IMG/VR virus record: IMGVR_UViG_3300017963_000011
Coordinates: 1-64,000 of that record
Reading direction: 5' to 3' (one strand)
DNA from: a virus
DNA length: 64,000 nt
A program made the translations under genes and the position numbers. Below, piece after piece: positions 17,412 to 27,049 of this stretch. Position 1 is the first letter of the stretch. Each line of letters opens with the position of its first letter. The notes below the pieces were generated by a model. That model did no database searches, was not told the origin of the DNA, and saw nothing but the letters and a program-made list of their open reading frames with translations.

Positions 17412-17742
17412 GTTCGCCTCTCTCCATTGCGAGGTACTGTTGCACGGTCTCGTCCATCTGGCTCATAACGAGCTTCTTGAGCTTGATGATGTTGTGTTTG
17501 AACTTCTCGGCTTCGACTACGCGGCTGTCGTCGCCTACGTTGTCCATCAACATATCTTCGATCATTGCGCGGAGTGCATCGGTCACACTTGCATGGTACG
17601 GGCCAACGCCCTTCCAGCCCTCGCCGCCGCCGATCTTCTTTCCTTTGCGCTCTTTCTCCACTTTGGTATACCTCTTCTGGAGGACCAAGTTGAACTGGTC
17701 CCTCCTATAAAGGCGATACCTGTCACTGAAGAATTTTATCAT
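17368..17742 (-). CDS. Hypothetical protein, first gene of the leftward block
   Basis: GGAG RBS; acidic tail. Confidence 0.7.
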   Translation of the reverse strand: MIKFFSDRYRLYRRDQFNLVLQKRYTKVEKERKGKKIGGGEGWKGVGPYHASVTDALRAMIEDMLMDNVGDDSRVVEAEKFKHNIIKLKKLVMSQMDETVQQYLAMERGELEEDGETEDEFDDE

Positions 17743-17854
17743 TATTACTCCACCGTCCTTTCGCTAATAGATATGCGTGAGACGTGTTGTTTGGACTTGC
17801 TCTCGAAAAAATGTTGTAGCGCTACCACGCACCAGAATTGCCACCAGCATGGAT

Positions 17855-17870
17855 TGGCACGACGCTTGCT
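17855..17870 (+). promoter_or_regulatory. Sigma54 (-24/-12) promoter for the late operon
   Basis: TGGCACG-ACGC-TTGCT, exact match to TGGCACG-N4-TTGCW. Confidence 0.75.
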
Positions 17871-17898
17871 TGACAGATAAAAATCCCTACCTTATTAT
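17870..17898 (+). promoter_or_regulatory. Sigma70 promoter upstream of terminase
   Basis: TTGACA-17 bp-TATTAT; predicted start only a few nt before ATG 17907. Confidence 0.7.
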
Positions 17899-17906
17899 AT
17901 AGGGCA

Positions 17907-19346
17907 ATGGCACTCGTAAGGTTTGACATACCAGTCTCAAAGTTCACGCCAAAACGCAAGTATAAGTTCTTCTACAAGAAGCTCAAGTACAATCCACATG
18001 GCGGGCAGAAGAAGTTTCACGACTCTGACGCCCGCTTTCGCGTTATCACGGCGGGGTCAAGAACTGGAAAGACGACCGGCGCTGCGGCCGAGGTCATCGC
18101 CTACGCTTGGTTGCCCAACAAGGTGATCTGGTGTGTTGCGCCTACGTATGATCTTTCAGAGAAAGTCTTCCGCATCGTGTGGCGCAAGATGGTGGAAGAG
18201 TGGGGCTGCGAAACACTATCCGGCACATCCTACAGGGATCGCCGGATTCGTTTTGCATGGGGAACCGAAGTTTGTGGTCGATCTTGCGAGAATCCAAAGT
18301 CGCTTCTTGGCGAGGGCGTTGACTTCATGGTTGTTGACGAAGCAGCCCGCATCTCCAAGATGATCTGGGATGAGTATCTCCGCGAGCGCTTGATGGACAA
18401 GATTGGCAAAGCAATCATCATCTCGTCGCCAAAGGGAACAGCCGGGTGGTTCCCGGAGTTCTACAAGCGTGGTCAAAATTCGGCATTCGAGCAGTGGGCA
18501 AGTTGGCGCATCACTCTGTACGAGAACCCCCACATTCCGCGCGAAGAAATTGAGATGATGGCGCTGGAGATGCCCAAGGAAGTCTTCGATCAAGAAGTCC
18601 TTGGAAAGTTTGTCCCGTATGGTGGCCTTGTCTTCAAGGGCTTCGATGAGGGCGTGCATCTAAGCGCAGACGCTGAGTTCAATCCTGAGATCCCAATCAC
18701 GCTTGCTGTCGATTTTGGAAAACGCAACCCGACATCTGTTCTATTCTGTCATCGCATGGGTGCAGAGTCTTTTCACATTTTTGATGAATACTACGTCGCT
18801 GGTCTCGATACGATCGATAACGCGTTTGCTGTCCAGAGAAAACTTGAACCGTATCTTGCCGCGAGCATCCATAAGAGTGTCCATACTTATCACGATCCTT
18901 CGGGCAGTGATGAGGCATCGATTTTCAAGAAGATCATCAAACCCCTGGTTATGATACCTGGGATCAACGACATCAAGCCTGGGAATATCACGCTGGAAAC
19001 ACACCTGAAAGAGAAGAAGCACACAGGGCGCCCAGGCATCCTCGTGAACCCGCGTTGTGAGAACACAGCATGGGAATTCACGGTCTATCACTACCCAAAG
19101 AAAAAGAAACGCGACGACGCACCAGTCTCTGAGAACCCGGTGGATGTAGACAACCATTCGATGGCCGCGTTGCGTTACTGGATACATACGATCGCCCCGG
19201 CGAGTTACATGCCGCTAGACTTCAACACTATTCGCGCTTCACGGAGTCTTTCTATCTGTGCGCGGGAGGCAGGAAATGATTACATTCGCGAGATCTCTAA
19301 TCTCAAGGGTATTGTCGCTGTTGAAACTCAGACGCCCGAAGATTGA
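17907..19346 (+). CDS. terL: Terminase large subunit
   Basis: Walker A GSRTGKT, Walker B VVDEAA, RNase H-like AVDFG...DNHSMAALRY. Confidence 0.95.
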   Translation: MALVRFDIPVSKFTPKRKYKFFYKKLKYNPHGGQKKFHDSDARFRVITAGSRTGKTTGAAAEVIAYAWLPNKVIWCVAPTYDLSEKVFRIVWRKMVEEWGCETLSGTSYRDRRIRFAWGTEVCGRSCENPKSLLGEGVDFMVVDEAARISKMIWDEYLRERLMDKIGKAIIISSPKGTAGWFPEFYKRGQNSAFEQWASWRITLYENPHIPREEIEMMALEMPKEVFDQEVLGKFVPYGGLVFKGFDEGVHLSADAEFNPEIPITLAVDFGKRNPTSVLFCHRMGAESFHIFDEYYVAGLDTIDNAFAVQRKLEPYLAASIHKSVHTYHDPSGSDEASIFKKIIKPLVMIPGINDIKPGNITLETHLKEKKHTGRPGILVNPRCENTAWEFTVYHYPKKKKRDDAPVSENPVDVDNHSMAALRYWIHTIAPASYMPLDFNTIRASRSLSICAREAGNDYIREISNLKGIVAVETQTPED

Positions 19347-20730
19347 CAAGAAGAAGACACAACTCAACAGAGAGACAGCGGCTACCGTAATCAACGGTTA
19401 CTCTACCGGGGTCTCTCTGATCACGAACCCGGATACCTTGGTCCAGCGTCGTGGCCTCGATATCTACGACGAGATGCTCACCGACGATCAAGTCTACGCC
19501 ATCTCGTCAACCAAGAAGCTGCTCATCCTTGCGCCAAGTTGGAATGTGTTGCCTGCCAGCGCATCCAAGCGCGACATCGCCATCGCAGACTTCGTGAGTT
19601 GGAATCTTGTGAACATGCAAGGCACGTTTCGCAACATCTTGTTCAACGTGCTCACAGCGATGGACTATGGCTTCTCAATCACAGAGAAGGTGTGGACTCT
19701 GATCAAGAACAATCGCAAGTACCGGGGCCTCATCGGTATCAAGGCGTTGAAGCCGAAGAGTCCTCACTATTTCGATTTCAAGATTGACTGCTTTGGCAAC
19801 ATCAAGGGCCTTCGACAAACGGTACGCTGCATAGAGCAGCCACGTGGCGAACTCGATCCCGACAAGTTCATCATTTATTCGTACAACGCGAAATTCGGAA
19901 ATCCCTACGGTTATTCCGATTTACGCGCGGCTTATTTGCCTTGGATCGAGAAGAAGCTGGTGCGTAGGTTCTGGAACATCTTCCTCGAACGTTTCGGGTC
20001 GCCACCTGTCATTGGGCGCGTTCCTCGCGGCGCGTCCGATGACGAAGTGCAGAAGATGCTCAACATCATCGAGAACATCCAGACTCGCACAGGTATCACG
20101 CTTCCCGAGGGTTTCGAGATGGAACTTCTGGAAGCGCAGCGAGGTGGTCAGGCCAAGTTCGAGGCTGCTATTGCAGAGAAGAACATGGCCATCTCGCACG
20201 CGATTTTGATGCCCGATCTTCTCGGTTTCTCGTCTGGCGAGCGTCCAGGCTCGTTTGCTCTTGGCAAAGCCCACGTCGATATCTTCCTTCTCATTCTTGA
20301 AAAAGTCGCCAAGGATATCGAGGACGACATCGTTGGCGAACAGATCATCCGGCCGCTGGTCGACATGAACTTCAAGGTCCAGGACTACCCCAGGTTCAAA
20401 TTCGAGCCGATGAAGCGAGAGAACCGTTCGATCCGCGCCAAGATTGTTTCCATCCTCAACGATGCCGGCGTTATCCGCGCCGACGAGCCATGGGTTCGCG
20501 ACTTTGTGGAGATCCCACAAGTCACTGGCGTCATTCCGGAGACAGAGCAAGAGACAGACGATCCGCTTCTCGATAGAATCGAGAAGATCGAGGAAGTGCT
20601 TGCAGGTGAAAGGCCCAAGCAGTTGGGCAAGCCAACACAGAGAAAGATCGGCAAGAGAATTGACCGCGCTCCTGGCGTTGGGGCGAAACCCGGTCGTGGA
20701 CCCGTGGAAGTTCAGAGCCCTAAGCTCTAG
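19276..20730 (+). CDS. Portal protein (DUF935/Mu gp29-like)
   Basis: YDEM..D, YGFSITEKVW, NPYG.S.LRAAY..W, FLERFG.P; position after terL. Confidence 0.92.
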   Translation: MITFARSLISRVLSLLKLRRPKIDKKKTQLNRETAATVINGYSTGVSLITNPDTLVQRRGLDIYDEMLTDDQVYAISSTKKLLILAPSWNVLPASASKRDIAIADFVSWNLVNMQGTFRNILFNVLTAMDYGFSITEKVWTLIKNNRKYRGLIGIKALKPKSPHYFDFKIDCFGNIKGLRQTVRCIEQPRGELDPDKFIIYSYNAKFGNPYGYSDLRAAYLPWIEKKLVRRFWNIFLERFGSPPVIGRVPRGASDDEVQKMLNIIENIQTRTGITLPEGFEMELLEAQRGGQAKFEAAIAEKNMAISHAILMPDLLGFSSGERPGSFALGKAHVDIFLLILEKVAKDIEDDIVGEQIIRPLVDMNFKVQDYPRFKFEPMKRENRSIRAKIVSILNDAGVIRADEPWVRDFVEIPQVTGVIPETEQETDDPLLDRIEKIEEVLAGERPKQLGKPTQRKIGKRIDRAPGVGAKPGRGPVEVQSPKL

Positions 20731-20741
20731 GAGGTTACAGC

Positions 20742-22691
20742 ATGGCTATCGAAATCCCGAGTGATCTTGGCAAGATCAGTGACGAAGAACTCATAGCCCT
20801 GGACGAAAGCATCCTGGGGCTGCTCTTGCAAGGGCAACTGGACGAGGAGAGTTTCAAGAACCTTCAGGCTGCAATCGCGGAGGAGATGAAACAGAGAGGT
20901 ATCAAGCCGGAAGTCAAGACAGAGCCGACGCAGTTCGCGCAACGCAAGATGCGTGAGATCGGCAACCGGCTTCGCAATTCAATCCTGACACTCAAGGGCG
21001 GCGTTGCCAAGGTGCGCAGCGATGTGGCCGGTGAACGCTGTACGTTCTTCTTCGATGAGGAAGGTGTGACCGACGCGTTCAAAGGCTGCGCCCTCAAGAT
21101 CAACGAGATCCTTCCTGACAAGTCGGAGCATCTCCAGTTCAGCACAAAGCCGGCGTGCTCGTTCGACATGCCGATCTACGATCTTTGCCTCGTTCCGCAT
21201 GGCCGTGAGGTGGATTTCAAACTGGAGTACGTGACAGGGCGCGCCGAGGACGTCGCCTACTTCCACCAGCTTCGCCAGAGTTCACAGCAGCTATGCGGCG
21301 CAGCGCGTTCCTCGACCAAGCGTGATGAGGTGGCGGCCGGCCGCTTCTTCCGATGCTTGCCCTTCACCCGCTGCGTGCAGACAGAGGCCCACCAGTCCGT
21401 TGAGGATGTCTCTCGATCCTTTGACTCTCAGACAGAAGCAGTCACGGCAGTGGCCAGGTGCAGTGACGTGGATGTGCAGATCCACAAGAAGGGTGACAAG
21501 ATCAAGGTCTGGACGAACGAGGGAGTAGAGTGCAGCCTTGCTTTCAAGGAAGCGATCGAAGCTCTCAAGGAACACGGGCCGGCGGAAGACTATGTTCTTC
21601 TCGCCAACGTCAAAGTGATGCCCGATGGTAGCGCTACGCCGATGCCATCGAGCTTCATTCGTAGGTTCCTGAAGAACCCGAGGCCGCACAAAGTATGCCA
21701 TGAACTCCGTGTGTTCGACTGCCTCTTCTTCAAACACGATCTGCACAATCTCCACTGGAAGGGTCGCATCAAGTATTTCAACGACGAGAACTGGCCGGCC
21801 CTCATCTTCTCATCGGCCATGTCCTCCGAGAGTAAGCCGGGCCATGTCACGTCATCCATCCGGCACTATCGAAAGCATCCTGACGTGGCAGAAGTGATGG
21901 TCTACTCCAACGATCCGTACAATCTCTCGCCGGCCATTGGAGATGCTATCCCGCTGTATGAGAAAACAGTCAAGTTCAATGGCATCGTTCTTGACTGCAA
22001 GAAGACCATGATCCCTGGCGTGAGCAATCTGACCATCGGCATCGATCCGGGCTCGCTGGCATTCTCGGCGGCTACGATCGTCAAGCAGGACGGAAAAAAA
22101 TACGCTGTCCTGGGAGACACAATTTCGACGTCGAGGTGGGCTTACCCTGGCGAAATCATGGAGATTTCGGCCAGAGAAGTCATGCACGAATTCGACGTAC
22201 TCCGCAACAGGAACGAAATCCATGCGACCGGGATGCGTGTCGTCAACAAGGTCAACGATGTCGGCTTTCCGAATCTGGCCAAGCACCTCATCGAAGAGGC
22301 AGTTGACAATGGAGTCTATTTCAGCTACATTGTTGTGCCCGGCTCTGGAATACAATATAATAAGGATAGAGTTTCTGAGATGAGTGCCTTGAAGATCTTC
22401 AAGTGGGAGCAGACCGAGAACGAGGTTCGTTACCGAGTGCGTCCTCCGGGGATCTTCGAGAAGGACAGCTTCAGGACGATCACCTTGAAGAAGTCCAAGC
22501 CAACGGTGCGGGCGATCATCGCTCGCCCCAAAGGCAAGACCGGCACCAAGGTGCAAGCCCTGCGATTTCCGAAATCGGAAGGATGGACATTGGCTAAGGC
22601 GCAAGAATGGGCAAAGTCCCGCGACTTCCAAATCCATCCTTCCAGGGAAGATGTCGAGAACCCTGACGGTAGCAAAGAGAACAACGCATAG
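20742..22691 (+). CDS. Head-module protein with degenerate ATP-dependent DNA ligase fold and small C-terminal domain
   Basis: VQIHKKGDKIKVWT and VFDCLF...DLHNL...R ligase-like segments; KxDG motif absent. Confidence 0.6.
   Translation: MAIEIPSDLGKISDEELIALDESILGLLLQGQLDEESFKNLQAAIAEEMKQRGIKPEVKTEPTQFAQRKMREIGNRLRNSILTLKGGVAKVRSDVAGERCTFFFDEEGVTDAFKGCALKINEILPDKSEHLQFSTKPACSFDMPIYDLCLVPHGREVDFKLEYVTGRAEDVAYFHQLRQSSQQLCGAARSSTKRDEVAAGRFFRCLPFTRCVQTEAHQSVEDVSRSFDSQTEAVTAVARCSDVDVQIHKKGDKIKVWTNEGVECSLAFKEAIEALKEHGPAEDYVLLANVKVMPDGSATPMPSSFIRRFLKNPRPHKVCHELRVFDCLFFKHDLHNLHWKGRIKYFNDENWPALIFSSAMSSESKPGHVTSSIRHYRKHPDVAEVMVYSNDPYNLSPAIGDAIPLYEKTVKFNGIVLDCKKTMIPGVSNLTIGIDPGSLAFSAATIVKQDGKKYAVLGDTISTSRWAYPGEIMEISAREVMHEFDVLRNRNEIHATGMRVVNKVNDVGFPNLAKHLIEEAVDNGVYFSYIVVPGSGIQYNKDRVSEMSALKIFKWEQTENEVRYRVRPPGIFEKDSFRTITLKKSKPTVRAIIARPKGKTGTKVQALRFPKSEGWTLAKAQEWAKSRDFQIHPSREDVENPDGSKENNA
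22333..22361 (+). promoter_or_regulatory. Internal sigma70 promoter
   Basis: TTGTGC-17 bp-TATAAT in an AT-rich patch inside the CDS. Confidence 0.5.
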
Positions 22692-22749
22692 CTCGTTGTA
22701 GCGCTACCACGAAATCGCAGGGGACCAACCCCCCGAACTACCCGACCAG

Positions 22750-24702
22750 ATGGTTGTTAATGCGTGGGCTGAAGGGAAAGGAATGAACGGGGAAACCAAC
22801 GAAGTTCACGATCACGCCCATACCTGGGAAGTCGTGAAGTTCAACGACGAGTTCATCGGTAAGACCAACGAGATCGATGGACACTTCCACGACGTTTCGA
22901 TCCCGTCCGGTATGAATTTCGCCGAGGGCCTCCACCACAGAACGAGCATCAACGAAGGTCATTCGCATGAGATTCTCATCGAGGATGCGCAGGCTTTCGC
23001 TGTTGGCACGCGCCGTGGCCCGAGGGACGGGTCCGGTCCCGATGGCGGCACTGACAAGTGCCCGCTTGAAGAAGAGGACAAGGACAAGTTCCAGGACGAC
23101 GAAATCTACGGCCCCGATGGAAGCGATGAGGAGGAGGACGAGAAGAAGCGCCTGAAGCAGAAGGTCGACGAGGATGGTCTCGTCGAGGAGCGCCGCTCCA
23201 AGTTCCAGGGCAAGTACACCGATGCCAAGTGGGACTTCCGAATGTCCGAATACAGCCTTGAGCAGCTTCGCCGGGCTGTCCCTGCTTCGTTGCGTGCCTG
23301 GGCCGATGGCCGAGGTAAGAAGAAGTCCGACTACAAGCTCCCCTATCGGGAACCGAACGGGACCATCAACGTCAATGGCGTGCGGAATGCCCTGGCCCGC
23401 GCCTCGCAGGTCAAGGGTGTGCCGCAAGAGACAATCAGCCGCGCTGTCTCGGAACTTCAGAAAGTTCTGGCCGGCGCCAAGAAGGCTGGCTTTGCGTGCG
23501 GAGAGGAGGACAAGAAGAAGTTCTCCCAGGATCTGACGGTCATCGCCGACAGGCTTCGGGAGAAGTACGCCGACGATCCGAACGTGGTCGTTCTGGATAA
23601 CAAGGTGCTGGTCAAAAACCAGCATCTTTTCCAAGTGGGCACCTGGAACGGTGTCCCGGTGGACCAGAACATGATCAACGAGATGGTGGCCAACTACAAG
23701 GCATTGGAGGGTTCCTTCCTGCCTTCGATCACGGCTGGCCACGACCGAGAGATCCATCACGCGCTGGAAGGCGAACTCTCGCTGGGCTGGGTCCATGCGC
23801 CCCGCGCAGCGTTTCCCTATATGGACGGCGACCTGGAATTCCCGATCGACTTCTTCGACAAGTACGTCGATCCGGGCAAGCTCAGGTTCAAGTCCATCGA
23901 AGTCATGGAAGATTTCCACCGCAACGGGAAGAACTATGGAACCGTGCTCACATCGCTGGCGCTGTTGGGAGTCAATCCCCCGGCGCTCAACGATCTCGGC
24001 CCCGTGGTGCGACCGTTCGCGGATCAGGAAAAAGATGCCATTCGTATCGTATTCGACAATGGAGGTGAAGAAGGAATGCCCGCCGAGGACATCAAGAAGT
24101 TCGAGGACGAGATCGCGAAGCTGAAGGCCGAGAACGCCAAGCTCAAGAAGTTCGAGGCCGACAACGCGACTCTCAAGAAGGAGAAGGAAGAGGCCGAACA
24201 GCAGGCCACGCACTTCTCCGCGCAACTCCGAGCCAAGGACGCCCAGATGGCGGCCGACAAGCTCAAGGTCGAGGGCAAGCTGCTCCCCGCCGACGAAGAC
24301 GGCTTCAAGTTCTTCTACCTGACCCTGGACGGCGAGACCAAGCTCACATTCTCGCAGAAGGACGGGTCGGAGATGAAGAAGTCCCAGATCGAGATGTTCA
24401 TGGACATCATGAACTCGGCCAAGCCCAAGGTCGATCTCGACGGTGAGTCCAAGGACGAGGGCGACAAGATGCCCGATACCCCGGACCCCGACGCGAGCCA
24501 GGACGACGACAAGCCCGCCGACGAAGCGCCCAAGAGCCTGCCCGGTCACAAGAAGTTCACCGAGAAGGCCAAGCGGAGCGGCTACAAGTTCTCCGGGGTC
24601 GCCGAGCACGAGGCGGCCGTCAAGCTCCAGAACGAGAGCGGCGGCAAGCTGACCTACAGCGATGCCCTCGCCCAGGTCTACGCCAGCAAGTCCGAAGAGT
24701 AG
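22750..24702 (+). CDS. Prohead protease/scaffold (Mu gpI-like) with His-rich N-terminal extension
   Basis: FQVGTWNG..MVANY..ITAGHD..LGWV..LTSLALLG..PPA; C-terminal coiled coil; start may be 22783. Confidence 0.8.
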   Translation: MVVNAWAEGKGMNGETNEVHDHAHTWEVVKFNDEFIGKTNEIDGHFHDVSIPSGMNFAEGLHHRTSINEGHSHEILIEDAQAFAVGTRRGPRDGSGPDGGTDKCPLEEEDKDKFQDDEIYGPDGSDEEEDEKKRLKQKVDEDGLVEERRSKFQGKYTDAKWDFRMSEYSLEQLRRAVPASLRAWADGRGKKKSDYKLPYREPNGTINVNGVRNALARASQVKGVPQETISRAVSELQKVLAGAKKAGFACGEEDKKKFSQDLTVIADRLREKYADDPNVVVLDNKVLVKNQHLFQVGTWNGVPVDQNMINEMVANYKALEGSFLPSITAGHDREIHHALEGELSLGWVHAPRAAFPYMDGDLEFPIDFFDKYVDPGKLRFKSIEVMEDFHRNGKNYGTVLTSLALLGVNPPALNDLGPVVRPFADQEKDAIRIVFDNGGEEGMPAEDIKKFEDEIAKLKAENAKLKKFEADNATLKKEKEEAEQQATHFSAQLRAKDAQMAADKLKVEGKLLPADEDGFKFFYLTLDGETKLTFSQKDGSEMKKSQIEMFMDIMNSAKPKVDLDGESKDEGDKMPDTPDPDASQDDDKPADEAPKSLPGHKKFTEKAKRSGYKFSGVAEHEAAVKLQNESGGKLTYSDALAQVYASKSEE

Positions 24703-24779
24703 GTCGACAACAACCGCGCGGTTGACCTCGTAATAGATGCCTTTGAAACTGTGACATCAAGAATGAGAAGAGGTGAACA

Positions 24780-25181
24780 ATGAGCACTCCCGGACCCCGC
24801 GTGGAGCAGACGGCGCCCTACATCAACAACGCAAGCGCCACCGTTCCTCGGTACACGACCGTCATCCAGGACACGTCGGACGAAGGGCTTTTCAAGCTCC
24901 CGACCGCTGCCAACGAGCGCCCGCTCGGCGTGACGGAATACGAGACCGAAGAAGGCGAGAACGGCTCCATCGTTCGCGAGGGATACTGGTGGGCAATCGC
25001 AGCCGCTGCGATCAGCATCGGCGATACCGTCGTCATCAACGGAACCGCCGGCAAGGTCAAGACGGACCCCGCGACCAGCACCACGGTCTCTCATCAACTC
25101 GGCGTGGCCGAGACCGCAGCCGGCGCCGATGGCGATCACATCATCGTGCGCCTGCGCATCCAGTCGGTGTACAACCCGTAA
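24780..25181 (+). CDS. Capsid decoration/cement protein (DUF2190-like)
   Basis: AAAAISIGDTV...G...LGVAETAAGADGD.I.V; precedes MCP. Confidence 0.8.
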   Translation: MSTPGPRVEQTAPYINNASATVPRYTTVIQDTSDEGLFKLPTAANERPLGVTEYETEEGENGSIVREGYWWAIAAAAISIGDTVVINGTAGKVKTDPATSTTVSHQLGVAETAAGADGDHIIVRLRIQSVYNP

Positions 25182-25207
25182 GCCATTTGAGAAGAGGTGA
25201 AAGATAA

Positions 25208-26131
25208 ATGCCGGCACTGAGCCCGAGACAAGTCCACGTCAACGTGCCGTTGACGAACTTCTCCGTCCAGTACGACCACCTGGAGTACCTGACCTACAGG
25301 ATCGCTCCTGCGGTGGACGTCAAGAAGGAGCAAGACATCTACTACGTGTTCAACGAGAATCGCGAGTCGATCACTCCGGTGAACACAGAACGAGCCGTGG
25401 GTACGCCCGCTGCCGAGGTCCAGCTTTCCGGGGATACCGATACGTACCAGTGCAAAGAATACGCACTGGCGTACAAGCTCCCCGATCGCGTGCGTGAGAA
25501 CGCCGACGATCCCTGGCGCCTCGAACAGCGTGGCATCGGCCGAACCATCGACCTTCTGGACCTCGACAAGGAGCGCAGAATCCAAGCGATGTTCCAGACG
25601 TTCGGTGGCGCAGGCCAGCCCCCCGGCGCCAACGTCGCGACCAAGTGGGACGACACAGGTGGCGATCCCGAAGGCGACATCCGTGCCGCCAAGAAGATCG
25701 TTCGACAGGCGATCGGCCGCGTGCCCAACTCGATGCTGATCTCCGCAGACGTGGGCAACGCTCTCATCGGCGTCATCAAGAGCGCCCTCACGTCCCTGGA
25801 CCTCAAGACCAAGTTGACGTTCAACGACCTTCCCGACATGCTCTGGGGGCTGAAGCTGTACATCGGCAACGCCATCCAGAACACGGCGAACGCTGGCCAG
25901 ACAGCCACGATCGCCGACGTCTGGAACGACAACGTGGTGATCTTCTACATGGACCCGAATCCAGGTCTGGACGGCATGAACTTCGTGAGCACCTTCCGCT
26001 CGCAGAAGGAAATGGTCATCCAGTGGCGCGAAGACCGCATTCGCTCCGACATGTACGAGGTCAACCGCGTCGAAGTCGAGAAGATGGTCGCCCCGACCGC
26101 AGCCTACGTGCTGGGGGACACCCTGCTGTAG
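25208..26131 (+). CDS. Major capsid protein
   Basis: VPLTNFSVQY...IAPAVDV...RAVGT...KWDD...DPEGDI..PNSMLI; position; strong codon bias. Confidence 0.9.
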   Translation: MPALSPRQVHVNVPLTNFSVQYDHLEYLTYRIAPAVDVKKEQDIYYVFNENRESITPVNTERAVGTPAAEVQLSGDTDTYQCKEYALAYKLPDRVRENADDPWRLEQRGIGRTIDLLDLDKERRIQAMFQTFGGAGQPPGANVATKWDDTGGDPEGDIRAAKKIVRQAIGRVPNSMLISADVGNALIGVIKSALTSLDLKTKLTFNDLPDMLWGLKLYIGNAIQNTANAGQTATIADVWNDNVVIFYMDPNPGLDGMNFVSTFRSQKEMVIQWREDRIRSDMYEVNRVEVEKMVAPTAAYVLGDTLL

Positions 26132-26155
26132 GTGAGACCACCTGAGTAAACTTGA

Positions 26156-26186
26156 TGCCCCGGTGGTCCATGTGGCCACCGGGGCA
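26156..26186 (+). terminator. GC-rich hairpin after MCP (no U tract)
   Basis: TGCCCCGGTGG...CCACCGGGGCA. Confidence 0.55.
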
Positions 26187-26206
26187 CAAAGATAAAAGGA
26201 GAACAG

Positions 26207-26578
26207 ATGAAGTGCAAAATCGTTCAGAGCGTACTCTTCCATGGCAAGCACCTCCAGCAAGGCACGGTGTATGACTTCGAGAGCGAGCACGCTCGCGAAC
26301 TGACCGAGAAGGGCTTTGTCAAGCCTGTCAAGCAAGAAATCAAAGAACTCGAAGCCGTTCTCAACGACGAGACCGTTCCCAAAGTCACGGTGCCGAAGTT
26401 CGATCGCGAGAAGCACCCTGCCGAGAAGGCCGATCAGGAAGCGGTAGCCGAGAAGACGAGGCGCCGCAAGGCCAAGGAAGCCAAGTCCGACGAGGAAGTC
26501 GTCGACGCCACGATCGAAGAGGAAGAGGCACCGAAGAAGAAGCCCGCGAGGAAGAAATCTTCCAAGAAGAGAGGGTAA
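26207..26578 (+). CDS. Hypothetical head-associated protein
   Basis: AAAGGAG RBS; charged C-terminus. Confidence 0.7.
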   Translation: MKCKIVQSVLFHGKHLQQGTVYDFESEHARELTEKGFVKPVKQEIKELEAVLNDETVPKVTVPKFDREKHPAEKADQEAVAEKTRRRKAKEAKSDEEVVDATIEEEEAPKKKPARKKSSKKRG

Positions 26579-26581
26579 ACC

Positions 26582-27049
26582 ATGGCGTATGCGGATCTCG
26601 ACAAGGTGGACACTCTCCTCAATGGGGATCTCTACAACAGAAATCTTCAAGAGCTAGGAGAGACTTGCGCTGCCAAGGCAGACGCCATCGTGGACGCATA
26701 CGTGAGCAATCGCTACAACGTACCCTTCACGACTACCCCGGCTCTCATTGCGAGCATAGCCCAGGACATCACGATCTTCTACTTGATGCGCACAGGTTAC
26801 TTCGATGGGATCGCCGGGAATGACAAAGAGACAGCCAAAGAGTTCTACGACATGGCCATCAAGGATCTGGAGAAGATCCGAGATGGCGATATGGATCTGC
26901 CGGATGTTGATCCGGCAGATGTTGGCACGAATGTGAACCGCATCGCTTCGACAAGGGAAGACTACCATCCCTCTGTGGATATGGGTAGCGAGCTTGATTG
27001 GGGCGTTGATGAAGACCTTGAAGAAAAGCTGGAGAACGACAAGACGTAA
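26582..27049 (+). CDS. Head-tail adaptor (Mu gp36/DUF1320-like)
   Basis: MAYA...ADAIVDAYV..RY.VP...IA.DI..FYL...Y..AIK.LE.IRDG. Confidence 0.85.
   Translation: MAYADLDKVDTLLNGDLYNRNLQELGETCAAKADAIVDAYVSNRYNVPFTTTPALIASIAQDITIFYLMRTGYFDGIAGNDKETAKEFYDMAIKDLEKIRDGDMDLPDVDPADVGTNVNRIASTREDYHPSVDMGSELDWGVDEDLEEKLENDKT

Noticed and set aside
22738-26650. Long minus-strand ORFs (623 aa, 504 aa) opposite scaffold and capsid genes
   Set aside because: Antisense shadows expected from strong C/G third-position bias; no recognisable motifs
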